From a virus, in IMG/VR virus record IMGVR_UViG_3300022748_000007: a DNA stretch of 49,492 nucleotides; one strand, given 5' to 3'. The notes beneath the pieces are model-generated. The model was not told where the DNA came from. It worked only from the letters and a program-made list of their open reading frames with translations, and made no database searches. Position 1 is the stretch's first letter. Each line of letters begins with the position of its first letter. Position numbers and translations under genes: made by a program. Positions 18,001 to 27,312 of this stretch are shown here, one piece after another.

Positions 18001-18897
18001 ATGGCTGACTTATCTACAATGTTTAACCAACTTGGTCCTGCAGGCGGTTCAATCCTTGCAGGTGTCCAAATGGGCAATGAAGCTAATGCTGCTAAATCTG
18101 AGCAGGCAATGCGTGAAGCCCAGATGAATAAAATCATCCAAGAGACTAAGCAGATGGAAATTATGAACCCTTTAGAGGTTCAAGCTAAACAACAAACTAT
18201 TGCATCTAATGCTTTAAAAGTTAAATTAGATGAGAGTGAATATCATTCTAAAGCTCTTGCAGATATGATTCCTCGTTTGGAGTCTATTCCAGAAGCTGCA
18301 CGTCATGCTGCTGTCATTGATATGGCACATCAAGCTGGTATTCCTATGGACCAATCTGATGTTCAACATTTACAAACTCTTGGCACAAAGGACATTGTTC
18401 CTTACTTAAAACGTGCTCAAGAACATGCCATCACTCAGAACCGACAATATCGTCAAGCTATGGACGTGGCTGAAGTACAACGTAAGTCTCATATGGCTGG
18501 TATTGGTGCACAAATTCAAGGACAAAAAGACCTTGAACAGATGCGCATTGATGCTGGTAAATATAACAGAAATAAAGTGGCTACTGATGTCAATTCTGCA
18601 TTACTTAAAGTGCGCAATGCTCAACAAGCCGCTGAACTTTTGGAAACTGCCTATTACACAGCAGAAGCTGCTAATGATATGAAGATGGCAGAACAATACA
18701 AACAACGTGCTCTGCAAGCTCGTCAACGTGCTGCAGAAGATGCTGCAAACCGTGCTGCAGGCGCTCCCGGAACTATGGGCGTGTCTGTCCCCGGCGGTGG
18801 TATTGAAATTCAAAATAAACCTCCTGCTGCTGCCACAGCACCTATTGCTGGTGGTCCGGCCTTAGGCACAGCAGCAAACCCAATTAAACTTGATTAA
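18001..18897 (+). CDS. Coiled-coil internal virion protein (tentative)
   Basis: 298 aa. Q/A/E-rich heptad-like sequence. Confidence 0.55.
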   Translation: MADLSTMFNQLGPAGGSILAGVQMGNEANAAKSEQAMREAQMNKIIQETKQMEIMNPLEVQAKQQTIASNALKVKLDESEYHSKALADMIPRLESIPEAARHAAVIDMAHQAGIPMDQSDVQHLQTLGTKDIVPYLKRAQEHAITQNRQYRQAMDVAEVQRKSHMAGIGAQIQGQKDLEQMRIDAGKYNRNKVATDVNSALLKVRNAQQAAELLETAYYTAEAANDMKMAEQYKQRALQARQRAAEDAANRAAGAPGTMGVSVPGGGIEIQNKPPAAATAPIAGGPALGTAANPIKLD

Positions 18898-18906
18898 GGA
18901 ATAACA

Positions 18907-21900
18907 ATGCCTGTATACCAATATGAAGGTCAACATTATGACTTGCCAGATGGCTTGTCTAATGAACAGGCTATTGCCAAAATTAAAGCTCATTTAGGTA
19001 AAGCAGAAGCTCCTGCTACAGAAGAACCCAGTGCATTGGGTCAATTTGCTGCCAACACTGGTGGCACATTGGCTGCATTGGGTGACATTGGTGCAGGACT
19101 TATTAAAGCTCCTTTGGCTATTGGTGCTGCCGTGGGCGGTAAGCTACGTGGTGGTAATGAGTATACTTTGGATGAACTACGTCAAGCAGGTCAGGCAGCG
19201 GTAGAGGATGTACTTCCTTCTATGGGTACAACCATGGGATTGGAGAAGAATCCGGGCTATCGTGCTACCATGAAGCCTTTTGAACTGATGGGTGAAGGCA
19301 TTGATTACTTGGGTAATCGGGTTAGTGAACTCACAGGTTCTAAGGAATTTGGTGGTGCTGCTAAGCTTGGTACAGACATTGCTGCTCTTGGTGTTGGTGT
19401 TCCCGGCGCTAAATATGTTGGCAAAGGTTTGACTAAAGCTCTTGAAACAATTGACCCGGGCTTGCGTAAGATTACTCCTGAGTCTGTTCGTGCTAAGCTG
19501 GATGCTCAAATGGTATCTCCTGCTGAAGCTGCTCGTATTCAAGAAGCCACTGCAGTTACTCCAGAAGCTATTGACCCAAATGCTGCTTATTATAAAGAGC
19601 AGGCTTTGGCAAAAGAACAAGCTGCTTTGGAAGCACAGCGTCTTCAAGGTGAACGTCCTATTACTGTTGGTCCAGAGGGTGTGGAAATGCCCGGCATGCG
19701 TAGTGCTCAAGAAGCTATGGGTGCTTTTGACCGTCAGGTTGCCCGTGAAACACGCCGTGGTCCTACTGAAAATACAGAACCCTTCTATGTTACAGGCGAA
19801 GGTGAAGCTCTCTTTAATCCCATCTTTGAAGACCAACAACGTGTTCAGATGGCTAAAGACACTGCTGATACACAAGCTCGTGTTAAACGTGATACTGACC
19901 TAGCACTTCGTGCTGGTAGTGGTGAACAAAGTTCTGTGTTTGAACCTCATACAAACATGCACCGTCCTTTTGAAGAAGTGTATGCTAAAGAAGGTGAGAA
20001 GGTTCGCTTCTTGTCTTTTGATGAGTTTAAGAAGACTATGGTGAACTTGGCTCGTGAGCCGGGTACTGCCTTTGAAATGCCAGAGAACTTGCACACTGCT
20101 TATGAGCAATACAAGGCTCATCCATCACACGGTCAACAAGACTTGTTTGGTGCACATGAGACTACTGTAACTCCTACTCACAAGACATTGGGTGAAATGA
20201 CTCCTGCAGAGAAAGCTAAGTTTACCAAGTCTGGTAAGAAGCTTGGTGCTACTGATGAGTTGTTACAACGAATGCAAGAAGATGAAGCTGGAAACACTTA
20301 TTTCCGTTCAGGCTTCTCTAAAGAAGATTTGATTAAGGCTGCTGAAGCTATTGGTGAATCTGGTGCACTGAAAGGTGCTTCTGACCAAAGCAAACAGTTT
20401 GAACAAGCTGCTAAACAGCAGAAGTATCAGCCTAACAGTCCAATCAATAAAATCTTTAATAAACAACTGCGTAATCTTGGTAACAGTTTAATTGAATCTG
20501 TGGATGAGGCTAAAGCCTTGTCTGCGAATGTTCCAGATGTTAAACAAAACTGGTTACAAGAGAAAAGCAATTTGTTGACTAAAGGCGGTCAATACATGAA
20601 GACTCGTGTATTGCACCCTGTGTTTGACTTCGCCATTGATACAATGAATAAGGCTACACAACTGGGTGCTGCCGCAGTTAACGAAACTGTACATGGTACT
20701 TATTTACCAGCTCTTCGTGCTTTAACAAAAGACGAATTTGAAATGGCATTTACTTTGCTTAACAAAGCAGATGCTACACAGAAGCCCATTACTCCTGAAA
20801 TGATGGATGCTATGCGCTTAACGCCTGCTGTGCGTGAGTTTATTAAGACTCATACTGATGTAATGGCTGAAGCTCTTAGGTCTATCAACGAAGCTCGTGA
20901 AGCTGCTGGTAAAAAACCAATCACTGCTCGTGAAGCATACTCTGCCATGAACATGACTGGTGACTTCCGTAAGGTTGCTTACAAGATGGTTGACGGTGTT
21001 CGTACCGTTGTTGGTGTTATTGGTTCAGATTGGGAAACTAATCCCTTGAAGAAACTTGGATACGAACGGGGTTGGTCTCTGGAACGTATTGAAGAATACA
21101 TGAAGAGCCAAGACCCTGAACTATTCTTCAGTGATGTGCAGAAGATGGGTGAACTCAAGAAGAGTACACACAATACTCCCCATGAAGCTTTTATGGATGT
21201 GTTGGATGTGCTTGGACAAGACAATCCTCATGTGCAAGAGTTCTTGAACATCTTGAATGAGGTTGCTAAAGATGACCCTGCTAACTACATGGGAATGCAA
21301 AAGCATACCATGCAGAAGAAAGGTGTCTGGGGTATGGAAGGCCGTAAGCCTTGGTTGTCCGTAGATGAGAACGCTAATGCATTCTTTCAGAATCAAACAG
21401 CCTATTTAGAGAGTGCCTTAACATGGTCACATCTCGCTACAGGTGCAAAAGATGTAAACGCTTTGCTGCGTGACCCAGAAATTATTGCTAAACATCCTAA
21501 CGCCGTTGCATTGGCTGATAAGTATTTGGCTAAGTCTCTGGGATTGAATCCCGACTATATTGGTAAGGTCGTAACAGAAGCTACCAATAAGATTATGACT
21601 CGTGCTGGTGTTGGTCCAAGTACATTACGTGGATTGACTGGCGTAGCTAAAGCAGCTACGAACACCCTGTCATTTTCGTTGTCTCCTTTCTTCTTGGCTG
21701 CTAACTTGATTCAGCCTGTGATTGCTACTCCTGCTATGGTTGCTTTGCTCCATAAATATGGCGCAGCTACTCATGGTTCTTTGGCTACATTGGGCTATGC
21801 TGACTCAGCAAAAGCCTTTATTACGTTCTTCAACAGCCGATTCAAGCCAGAAGCTTTGTCTTCTATTGAACGTGATGCTTTTGAGTACGCTCGTAAGCGC

Positions 21901-23121
21901 CATGTATATGCCACAGACATGATTGAACATGCTAATCAAGTTCGTGCTAATTGGGGTTATACTCTTACTAAAGTAGGCCAGTCTCCTGCAGCTCGTGTGG
22001 AAACAGCTACCCGTGCACAGATGTTCTTTACATTGGTGCATGTAATGTCTGAAAAAGGTATTAAGCCTAAAGATGGTTTGTTTGAAATGGCACACCGTTT
22101 TACAGACGAAGCTATGGGTAATTACTCTGCTACAGAACGTCCCGGATTGTATGACCGTTTGGGTCCTTTGGGTGGTGTTGCAGCTAACTTGCGTACCTTT
22201 TCTCACAACGAACTGAGCCGTTGGGCTATGTTTGCTCGTGAAGCAAAAGATAACAAGAATATGTTGCCTCTGGCCTTGCAAATGGCTATGACACTTCAAG
22301 TGGCTGGTCTGATGGGCTTGCCCGGATTTGACATGGCTGACAAGGTGTATGGTGAGTTGACTAGCTTGTTTGGTAAGCGTCGTGACTTGGTACTGGATTC
22401 CATGGCCTTGTCTAAAGATGCTGCTAACGCAACAAGTAAAGCATTCACTGGTACAGAAGCTAATCCTAATAAGCATTTAATGTTATCTAATGGCTTGGCT
22501 ACCTACTACGGTGCTAACTTGACTCCTGCTTTGGGTTTGGGTACTATTGTTCCTACAACTGCTGCAGAAGCTTTGTTCCCCGGCGGTAGTCAAATTACAG
22601 ACGTCATTGGTGCAGCTAAGGATGCAGCTATGCAACGTAATGAAACCTCTGCTAAGATTTTGGCATATAAAGCATCTCCCCGTGCCCTTCGTGGTATTGA
22701 GGATGTGAATTGGTTCCAGAACAAGCAAGGTGTTACCTTCAACAAGGATGCACAGAACTTCCATCCAACAGGACAACGTACTCCACGAGATACTGAGTTG
22801 CGTAAATGGGGTGTGTCAGGTTTAAGTGATATTGCTAACAACCGAGAATATCGTTTGGGGCAGCTTACATTAGACCGTACACAGAAGCGTACAGAAGCTA
22901 TGAACTTAATTGGTCAAAGCATTGTGAACAATTCTCCTATCCCTAAGAAAGCAATTGACAAGTACATCATTGAAGGTGAGGGTGACCCCCAAGCTTTGAT
23001 GCAAGCAATCAACCAGAAAGCTTTGCAGATGAACATGTCTCCTGCTATGCGTAACCAACTCATGGAAGCTGCTGGTCGTTCTATTCCTCAGCAATATGCT
23101 GCACAACGGAGAATGCAATAA
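18907..23121 (+). CDS. Giant internal virion / DNA-ejection protein
   Basis: 1404 aa with RBS AAGGA. Size and position are analogous to T7 gp16-type proteins. No catalytic motif recognised. Confidence 0.7.
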   Translation: MPVYQYEGQHYDLPDGLSNEQAIAKIKAHLGKAEAPATEEPSALGQFAANTGGTLAALGDIGAGLIKAPLAIGAAVGGKLRGGNEYTLDELRQAGQAAVEDVLPSMGTTMGLEKNPGYRATMKPFELMGEGIDYLGNRVSELTGSKEFGGAAKLGTDIAALGVGVPGAKYVGKGLTKALETIDPGLRKITPESVRAKLDAQMVSPAEAARIQEATAVTPEAIDPNAAYYKEQALAKEQAALEAQRLQGERPITVGPEGVEMPGMRSAQEAMGAFDRQVARETRRGPTENTEPFYVTGEGEALFNPIFEDQQRVQMAKDTADTQARVKRDTDLALRAGSGEQSSVFEPHTNMHRPFEEVYAKEGEKVRFLSFDEFKKTMVNLAREPGTAFEMPENLHTAYEQYKAHPSHGQQDLFGAHETTVTPTHKTLGEMTPAEKAKFTKSGKKLGATDELLQRMQEDEAGNTYFRSGFSKEDLIKAAEAIGESGALKGASDQSKQFEQAAKQQKYQPNSPINKIFNKQLRNLGNSLIESVDEAKALSANVPDVKQNWLQEKSNLLTKGGQYMKTRVLHPVFDFAIDTMNKATQLGAAAVNETVHGTYLPALRALTKDEFEMAFTLLNKADATQKPITPEMMDAMRLTPAVREFIKTHTDVMAEALRSINEAREAAGKKPITAREAYSAMNMTGDFRKVAYKMVDGVRTVVGVIGSDWETNPLKKLGYERGWSLERIEEYMKSQDPELFFSDVQKMGELKKSTHNTPHEAFMDVLDVLGQDNPHVQEFLNILNEVAKDDPANYMGMQKHTMQKKGVWGMEGRKPWLSVDENANAFFQNQTAYLESALTWSHLATGAKDVNALLRDPEIIAKHPNAVALADKYLAKSLGLNPDYIGKVVTEATNKIMTRAGVGPSTLRGLTGVAKAATNTLSFSLSPFFLAANLIQPVIATPAMVALLHKYGAATHGSLATLGYADSAKAFITFFNSRFKPEALSSIERDAFEYARKRHVYATDMIEHANQVRANWGYTLTKVGQSPAARVETATRAQMFFTLVHVMSEKGIKPKDGLFEMAHRFTDEAMGNYSATERPGLYDRLGPLGGVAANLRTFSHNELSRWAMFAREAKDNKNMLPLALQMAMTLQVAGLMGLPGFDMADKVYGELTSLFGKRRDLVLDSMALSKDAANATSKAFTGTEANPNKHLMLSNGLATYYGANLTPALGLGTIVPTTAAEALFPGGSQITDVIGAAKDAAMQRNETSAKILAYKASPRALRGIEDVNWFQNKQGVTFNKDAQNFHPTGQRTPRDTELRKWGVSGLSDIANNREYRLGQLTLDRTQKRTEAMNLIGQSIVNNSPIPKKAIDKYIIEGEGDPQALMQAINQKALQMNMSPAMRNQLMEAAGRSIPQQYAAQRRMQ

Positions 23122-23738
23122 TGCCAGCGTCATTAGAAGAAATGTTTCAAAAACAACTCAACAATCCTAATGACCTTCTTGGACAACAATTCTCCTATCT
23201 AAGGGATATGAATCATATTCCTCAGATGGATTGGAAGTATTTTGGTGGAGCAAAAGAAGGGGAATATGACCGTTGGGCTAATCAATTAAAAGTTAGCCCT
23301 GATTCTGCTTGGCTTGAGAAGACCTTTGCGCATGAACTTCAGCATGCTGTAGATGCAGCACATGGTCGTCAACAATCTCAGATAGAGCAGAATTGGGAAA
23401 AGACTCCAGAGCAACAACGTTTTGTGGAGGCTGTAAAGAAACTAGATGAACCTACAAAGATTCCTTTAGGAGATTTAAATGAGTATCGAGCTCGTCGTGG
23501 AGAACGTCAGGCTTATGGAGTTGCAAACTCTAGATATCAGGCTCCATCCTATCTAGAATATAGCGGCTCATCTCATCTTGACCCCACTATGGCAACAGAG
23601 CAGGCAATCTTGATGGATTTAGCTAAACGAAGTCTTAAGAGTAAGCCTGCTGTTAAGCAGGAACCTAAACGTGACTATATTGATGAGACAATCAATAATG
23701 CAACTGATTTGATTCGTAACATGTTTACGCGCAAATGA
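23121..23738 (+). CDS. HExxH zinc-metallopeptidase-like protein
   Basis: 205 aa with a TAATG overlap. FAHELQHAVDAAH matches the metzincin spacing HExxHxxGxxH, with D in place of G. Last gene of the late arm. Confidence 0.55.
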   Translation: MPASLEEMFQKQLNNPNDLLGQQFSYLRDMNHIPQMDWKYFGGAKEGEYDRWANQLKVSPDSAWLEKTFAHELQHAVDAAHGRQQSQIEQNWEKTPEQQRFVEAVKKLDEPTKIPLGDLNEYRARRGERQAYGVANSRYQAPSYLEYSGSSHLDPTMATEQAILMDLAKRSLKSKPAVKQEPKRDYIDETINNATDLIRNMFTRK

Positions 23739-23740
23739 AA

Positions 23741-23773
23741 AAAGCCCCTAGGCCTTATCAGCTTAGGGGCTTT
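23741..23773. terminator. Bidirectional intrinsic terminator where the two arms converge
   Basis: AAAGCCCCTA...TAGGGGCTTT 10-bp stem. Flanked by an A6 run upstream and CTTTTTG downstream, which gives a U-tract on both strands. Confidence 0.8.
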
Positions 23774-23784
23774 CTTTTTGTCTG

Positions 23785-23919
23785 TTAGTCTTCCTTCATT
23801 TTCATGAAGACAAGACGGAACAGAGCGAGGTTAACTACAATTGCATAATGGTATTCATCATCCTCTTCACCAGAGATGTGTTCAACACCAGCTTGCAAAC
23901 CGTTAATAAGTTCTAACAT
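23785..23919 (-). CDS. Possible small ORF (44 aa)
   Basis: MLELINGLQAGVEHISGEEDDEYHYAIVVNLALFRLVFMKMKED. Lies between the RNR gene and the terminator. Weak RBS. Confidence 0.3.
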   Translation of the reverse strand: MLELINGLQAGVEHISGEEDDEYHYAIVVNLALFRLVFMKMKED

Positions 23920-23937
23920 TACTACCATATATTTCCT

Positions 23938-25608
23938 TTAAACGCCGCAGCTACCGCCATGGCCTGTGTATTCACAAATATCAACCTCATCATAAATCAT
24001 ATCTTTATGCTTTACGGCTTCTGAGTAGGGGACGGAGGTAAGTGGCTGACCACCTCGGCTCCCATCTGGATAACATGTAAATCCGCGAAGTCGGGGTGCA
24101 TACTTTGCAAGCGTTTGAGTAAAGTCTCCAACTCGCTTTTCATTATTCCCCGCGCTTCCCCATGCAGGAAGATTGATTGTACTTGAAATTGACATGTCAA
24201 CGTAATCTTGAATGTCTGCTTGGAACTTAATTCGTTGCTCATAATTCTCACTTAGGTCAATAGCGGATTCAATCTTGTCTGGGTCAACTCCATATTCTTG
24301 GATAAGGTTTTGAGCCGTTCCATCAACGACGTACTGATATTTCCACTTAGTTCCTTCCGTGAGGAAGCGACGCTTATATGCCACAGCAAAGAGTGGTTCA
24401 ATTCCTGTAGTCGTGCCTGCAAGAATGCCAATTGAGCCTGTAGGAGCAATAGCTCGGTAAGCTTTGGGGTGATTGAGGTAGAATCGGTCACAATGCTCAT
24501 TAGCTGCTCGTTCGCTTTCTTCTTCGTAAACTTTAAGCCACTTGTGAAGTTCTGGACTTACTTCATACGGCTGATTGCGTTTGAGCAACCATTCGTGAAT
24601 CCCCATAAGGCCAAGGCCAAGGCGTCGATTCTGTTCTCGAACGCGGTAAACTTTGTCATAGGGCAAATCAGCGCGGAGCGTGCCACACACCAAAAACTTA
24701 CTTGCGAGAGCCACAATAGAAGTAAACTCAGCAAGAGAGTCGATGTTGCCAAGATTGATACTACCGAGGTTACAAACGTCCGAATCGTCCTCAGAAGTAA
24801 CTTCAGTACAAGCGTTGCGTAATGTTTCATTTTCTTTAGTTCCAAAGTTAAAGCTGAAGCCGGGTTCACCAGTCATCAGAGCCTGACGGCAGTTCTCTTG
24901 AAAGACAGGGTTATGGGCCAAACTAAACTCGCCCGGTTTATTGGGATTCTCCATGAACGAAGCATTGTCATAGTTCACAGAGATGTTGGTCATGTCCAAA
25001 GGAGCAGGAGCATTGAAGTCCTTTTCCTTAGCTGCCTTTACGTCGTCTGACCAGTCTTTAACGTGGAGAAATTTATTAATGTCTTCATGTCGCCAATTAA
25101 GAGACGCATAGATTGCCGAACGTCGAGAACCTCCTTGCATGACGTTTCGCCCGATTTCATTAATTGCGTACATAAGAGGGAGAGGTCCGCTAGCAGTGCC
25201 TCCTGTTCGGCTAAGAGCTTTTCCAGCAGGACGAAGTCGTGAGTAGTCAATACCAATGCCACCACCAGTCATCAAACAAGACATTGCTCGCCATGTCACA
25301 GCACTCCATTCTTCTCGTGTATCTTCTTCTGCACGGAGCAAATAACAGTTGTTATAAGCTTTGTATGGACGACCTGCATAATACAAGTAACGACCACCGG
25401 GCAAGAATTTCATCTCTCGAATGTACTCAGTAAGCTGCTTACATTCATCCAAACTCATCAATGCTGTTGTTGTACCACCACGTGTACCACAAACATCATC
25501 TACGAGTCGTTCTGCCAACTTGTCCCATGTATCTGCAGGACCTTGGGCATATTTAAAGCGAAAGATGTTTTCGCCAAACGTGTTACGAAATCGTGATTTT
25601 TCTGTCAT
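23938..25608 (-). CDS. Ribonucleotide reductase catalytic chain (probably class II, B12-dependent)
   Basis: 556 aa. Active-site block NACTEV...CNLGSINL and a C-terminal Cys pair (CEYTGHGGSCGV). The genome has no beta-subunit or activase gene, so the class II assignment is an inference. Confidence 0.8.
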   Translation of the reverse strand: MTEKSRFRNTFGENIFRFKYAQGPADTWDKLAERLVDDVCGTRGGTTTALMSLDECKQLTEYIREMKFLPGGRYLYYAGRPYKAYNNCYLLRAEEDTREEWSAVTWRAMSCLMTGGGIGIDYSRLRPAGKALSRTGGTASGPLPLMYAINEIGRNVMQGGSRRSAIYASLNWRHEDINKFLHVKDWSDDVKAAKEKDFNAPAPLDMTNISVNYDNASFMENPNKPGEFSLAHNPVFQENCRQALMTGEPGFSFNFGTKENETLRNACTEVTSEDDSDVCNLGSINLGNIDSLAEFTSIVALASKFLVCGTLRADLPYDKVYRVREQNRRLGLGLMGIHEWLLKRNQPYEVSPELHKWLKVYEEESERAANEHCDRFYLNHPKAYRAIAPTGSIGILAGTTTGIEPLFAVAYKRRFLTEGTKWKYQYVVDGTAQNLIQEYGVDPDKIESAIDLSENYEQRIKFQADIQDYVDMSISSTINLPAWGSAGNNEKRVGDFTQTLAKYAPRLRGFTCYPDGSRGGQPLTSVPYSEAVKHKDMIYDEVDICEYTGHGGSCGV

Positions 25609-25772
25609 AGTTTCTTTATAAAAATAGCAGGTTTGTTACTGCCAGTGAGTTTCTCAGTTTCTTTTTTCTTTGCTTCACGTTCCATGATGCATATTTCACA
25701 ATTGCCTTTTTTCAACCATTGGCGGTGAATCGAGCATTGCCTGCTCTTCCTCACCTCTGCCAAAGCTTTCAT
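25605..25772 (-). CDS. Small Cys/His-containing protein
   Basis: 55 aa from M8 of the track ORF. Its stop overlaps the RNR ATG (ATGA). Contains CSIHRQWLKKGNCEIC. It overlaps the next ORF in another frame. Confidence 0.4.
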   Translation of the reverse strand: MKALAEVRKSRQCSIHRQWLKKGNCEICIMEREAKKKETEKLTGSNKPAIFIKKL

Positions 25773-25890
25773 AGTTGTATTGTCTAATGGCATTTTCAGC
25801 CTCCTCTTCTTGCAGCTTACGAGCTAAATAACGTTTCTTGTAATGCTGCTGTTCAATGGGTTCTACAGGATTGTGATTGGTATTTTTCAT
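25696..25890 (-). CDS. Hypothetical protein
   Basis: 64 aa. Its ATG overlaps the upstream stop (ATGA). Confidence 0.45.
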   Translation of the reverse strand: MKNTNHNPVEPIEQQHYKKRYLARKLQEEEAENAIRQYNYESFGRGEEEQAMLDSPPMVEKRQL

Positions 25891-26051
25891 GCAACTGCTT
25901 TAGCAAGACGTCCAAAGTTCTCTAAAATCTCGTCATCAAACCTATCAATGCATTCTGCAAGCTCAATACCAATAATGTCAAAGAATTCTGTAATGTCTAA
26001 GTTATGAACAATGAGCTCTTTAAGTTCGTGTAAATCCATTAAGTGTTCCAT
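25887..26051 (-). CDS. Small acidic protein (54 aa, below the track cutoff)
   Basis: Hand-translated as MEHLMDLHELKELIVHNLDITEFFDIIGIELAECIDRFDDEILENFGRLAKAVA. ATGA-coupled to the next gene. Confidence 0.45.
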   Translation of the reverse strand: MEHLMDLHELKELIVHNLDITEFFDIIGIELAECIDRFDDEILENFGRLAKAVA

Positions 26052-26053
26052 AA

Positions 26054-26689
26054 TTACTCAAGTTCATTAACCATCTCCAAGATATTAGGATAGTGTTGTT
26101 GTAGGGCCTTATAAATAGCCACAGCAACCTCTCGGTGCTCTTTCTGTGTTGAGTAGTCCATGCGTACATCTAAGTAATGCAGCCAACTACGCAATGTACC
26201 TGTCATGTATAGTCGCGTTGTTGTGTTACCTTCGGGTAATACAGCTCGTGCCACTTCCTTGGCAATACCTTCTGATAAGGCCCACTTGTAAACTTTTGTA
26301 GCATGCTCAATAAGGTCTGCTTGGGCACGTTTCCACATGTCATCAAGCTCTCTATCTTCGTTGAGTAAACTACTTTGTCGATTGGCTTTATCTTGTAGTC
26401 GTGTCTCTCGAATTTCAAAGTTGGTTGCTTCTGCATAACGCTGACTAAACTCCTGAAAGCTAAATGAACGGTGACGCACAATTTGATGGGCAATGTCTCG
26501 TGTGGTTTCAATCTCCACACAAGCACTTACCATTTCAAATGGACTCCAGTGTTTATTCTTGACTAGGTACTTGAGCAGCTTTGGTGCGGTTTCGACGTTG
26601 TTTTGGTTGGCAGGATTGCTCACACGCGCCATTTGCGCAACCATGTTCTCCCCGTCGGGCGTTGTCCAGATTAGTTTCACTTTGCTCAT
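26054..26689 (-). CDS. thyX: Flavin-dependent thymidylate synthase
   Basis: 211 aa. ThyX signature RHRSFSFQEFSQRY. AAGGAA RBS. Confidence 0.9.
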   Translation of the reverse strand: MSKVKLIWTTPDGENMVAQMARVSNPANQNNVETAPKLLKYLVKNKHWSPFEMVSACVEIETTRDIAHQIVRHRSFSFQEFSQRYAEATNFEIRETRLQDKANRQSSLLNEDRELDDMWKRAQADLIEHATKVYKWALSEGIAKEVARAVLPEGNTTTRLYMTGTLRSWLHYLDVRMDYSTQKEHREVAVAIYKALQQHYPNILEMVNELE

Positions 26690-26825
26690 TACGTTCCTTA
26701 AAAATTACATACAGACTAAATACCGACAAGATTGTGGCAAACATAGCAATCCAATAGTTTGGAGTAATGTTTGCAAGGAGAATTAAACCCCAAAAATTTA
26801 CATCGGTGGTACTAGCACATTTCAT
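26553..26825 (-). CDS. Two-TM membrane protein whose reading frame runs 137 nt into thyX
   Basis: 90 aa from MKCASTT, ATGA-coupled to the upstream gene. There is no stop until 26553, so the 3' end overlaps thyX out of frame. Confidence 0.3.
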   Translation of the reverse strand: MKCASTTDVNFWGLILLANITPNYWIAMFATILSVFSLYVIFKERNEQSETNLDNARRGEHGCANGACEQSCQPKQRRNRTKAAQVPSQE

Positions 26826-27184
26826 TTTGTTTCCTTCCAACGGTCGTCTAAGTCTGGACGAGTTTTAGATAAATTTGATAAGAACATCCAGCAACAACCA
26901 AGATGGTCAATGTGAGGTAAACCACTTTCAGGGTCAGTGTCTTCACCTCGTTGGATAGCCATAAGATGACGCAACATGGCAGCAGTGAGGCGAGAATACT
27001 CAATACCATTTCGCCAATTGTTGGCAGCATATTTCTTAGCTCCAAATGTTAATACCTGTGCAAGGCTTTCTAAGGCCTTAGCATCAAGCAAATCCATACG
27101 AGGCTTCTCACCATCGTACTTCATACCCTTGGCCCCTTCAGGAGCCTCCTGTGCATATGTTTTAATATTGTCTTCAGTGTGCAT
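26822..27184 (-). CDS. MazG-like dATP/dGTP pyrophosphohydrolase-domain protein
   Basis: 120 aa from MHTEDN (an alternative start exists at 27226). Conserved block KYDGEKPRMDLL...FGAKKYAANNWRNG...RHL. Confidence 0.55.
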   Translation of the reverse strand: MHTEDNIKTYAQEAPEGAKGMKYDGEKPRMDLLDAKALESLAQVLTFGAKKYAANNWRNGIEYSRLTAAMLRHLMAIQRGEDTDPESGLPHIDHLGCCWMFLSNLSKTRPDLDDRWKETK

Positions 27185-27293
27185 AATGTTTACAGGCCAC
27201 GATTTTAACACCGTTCCATGTTTCAATTACAGGCATGGTATCAAAGGGTAAGTTTGAACAATCTTGTTTGTTATTCTTACAGTTGGTACACAT
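27174..27293 (-). CDS. Small Cys-rich ORF (39 aa)
   Basis: MCTNCKNNKQDCSNLPFDTMPVIETWNGVKIVACKHYAH. AAAGGT lies 5 nt upstream. Confidence 0.35.
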   Translation of the reverse strand: MCTNCKNNKQDCSNLPFDTMPVIETWNGVKIVACKHYAH

Positions 27294-27312
27294 ACTACCT
27301 TTAGGTTGATAA

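Noticed and set aside
23938-25608. Intein or intron in the RNR gene
   Set aside because: It is a single uninterrupted 556-aa frame with contiguous catalytic blocks and no insertion.
26054-26689. Thymidine hypermodification pathway (5-hmdU kinase / pyrophosphorylase type)
   Set aside because: The thymidylate synthase is a normal ThyX (RHR...SxRY). I recognised no hydroxymethylase, P-loop hmdU kinase or PLP/radical-SAM partner. DNA modification by the amidoligase cassette remains only a hypothesis.
26822-27184. MazG-like gene as a hint of a 2-aminoadenine (Z-base) genome
   Set aside because: I see no PurA/PurZ-like adenylosuccinate-synthetase homologue and no HD-domain dATPase in any frame.
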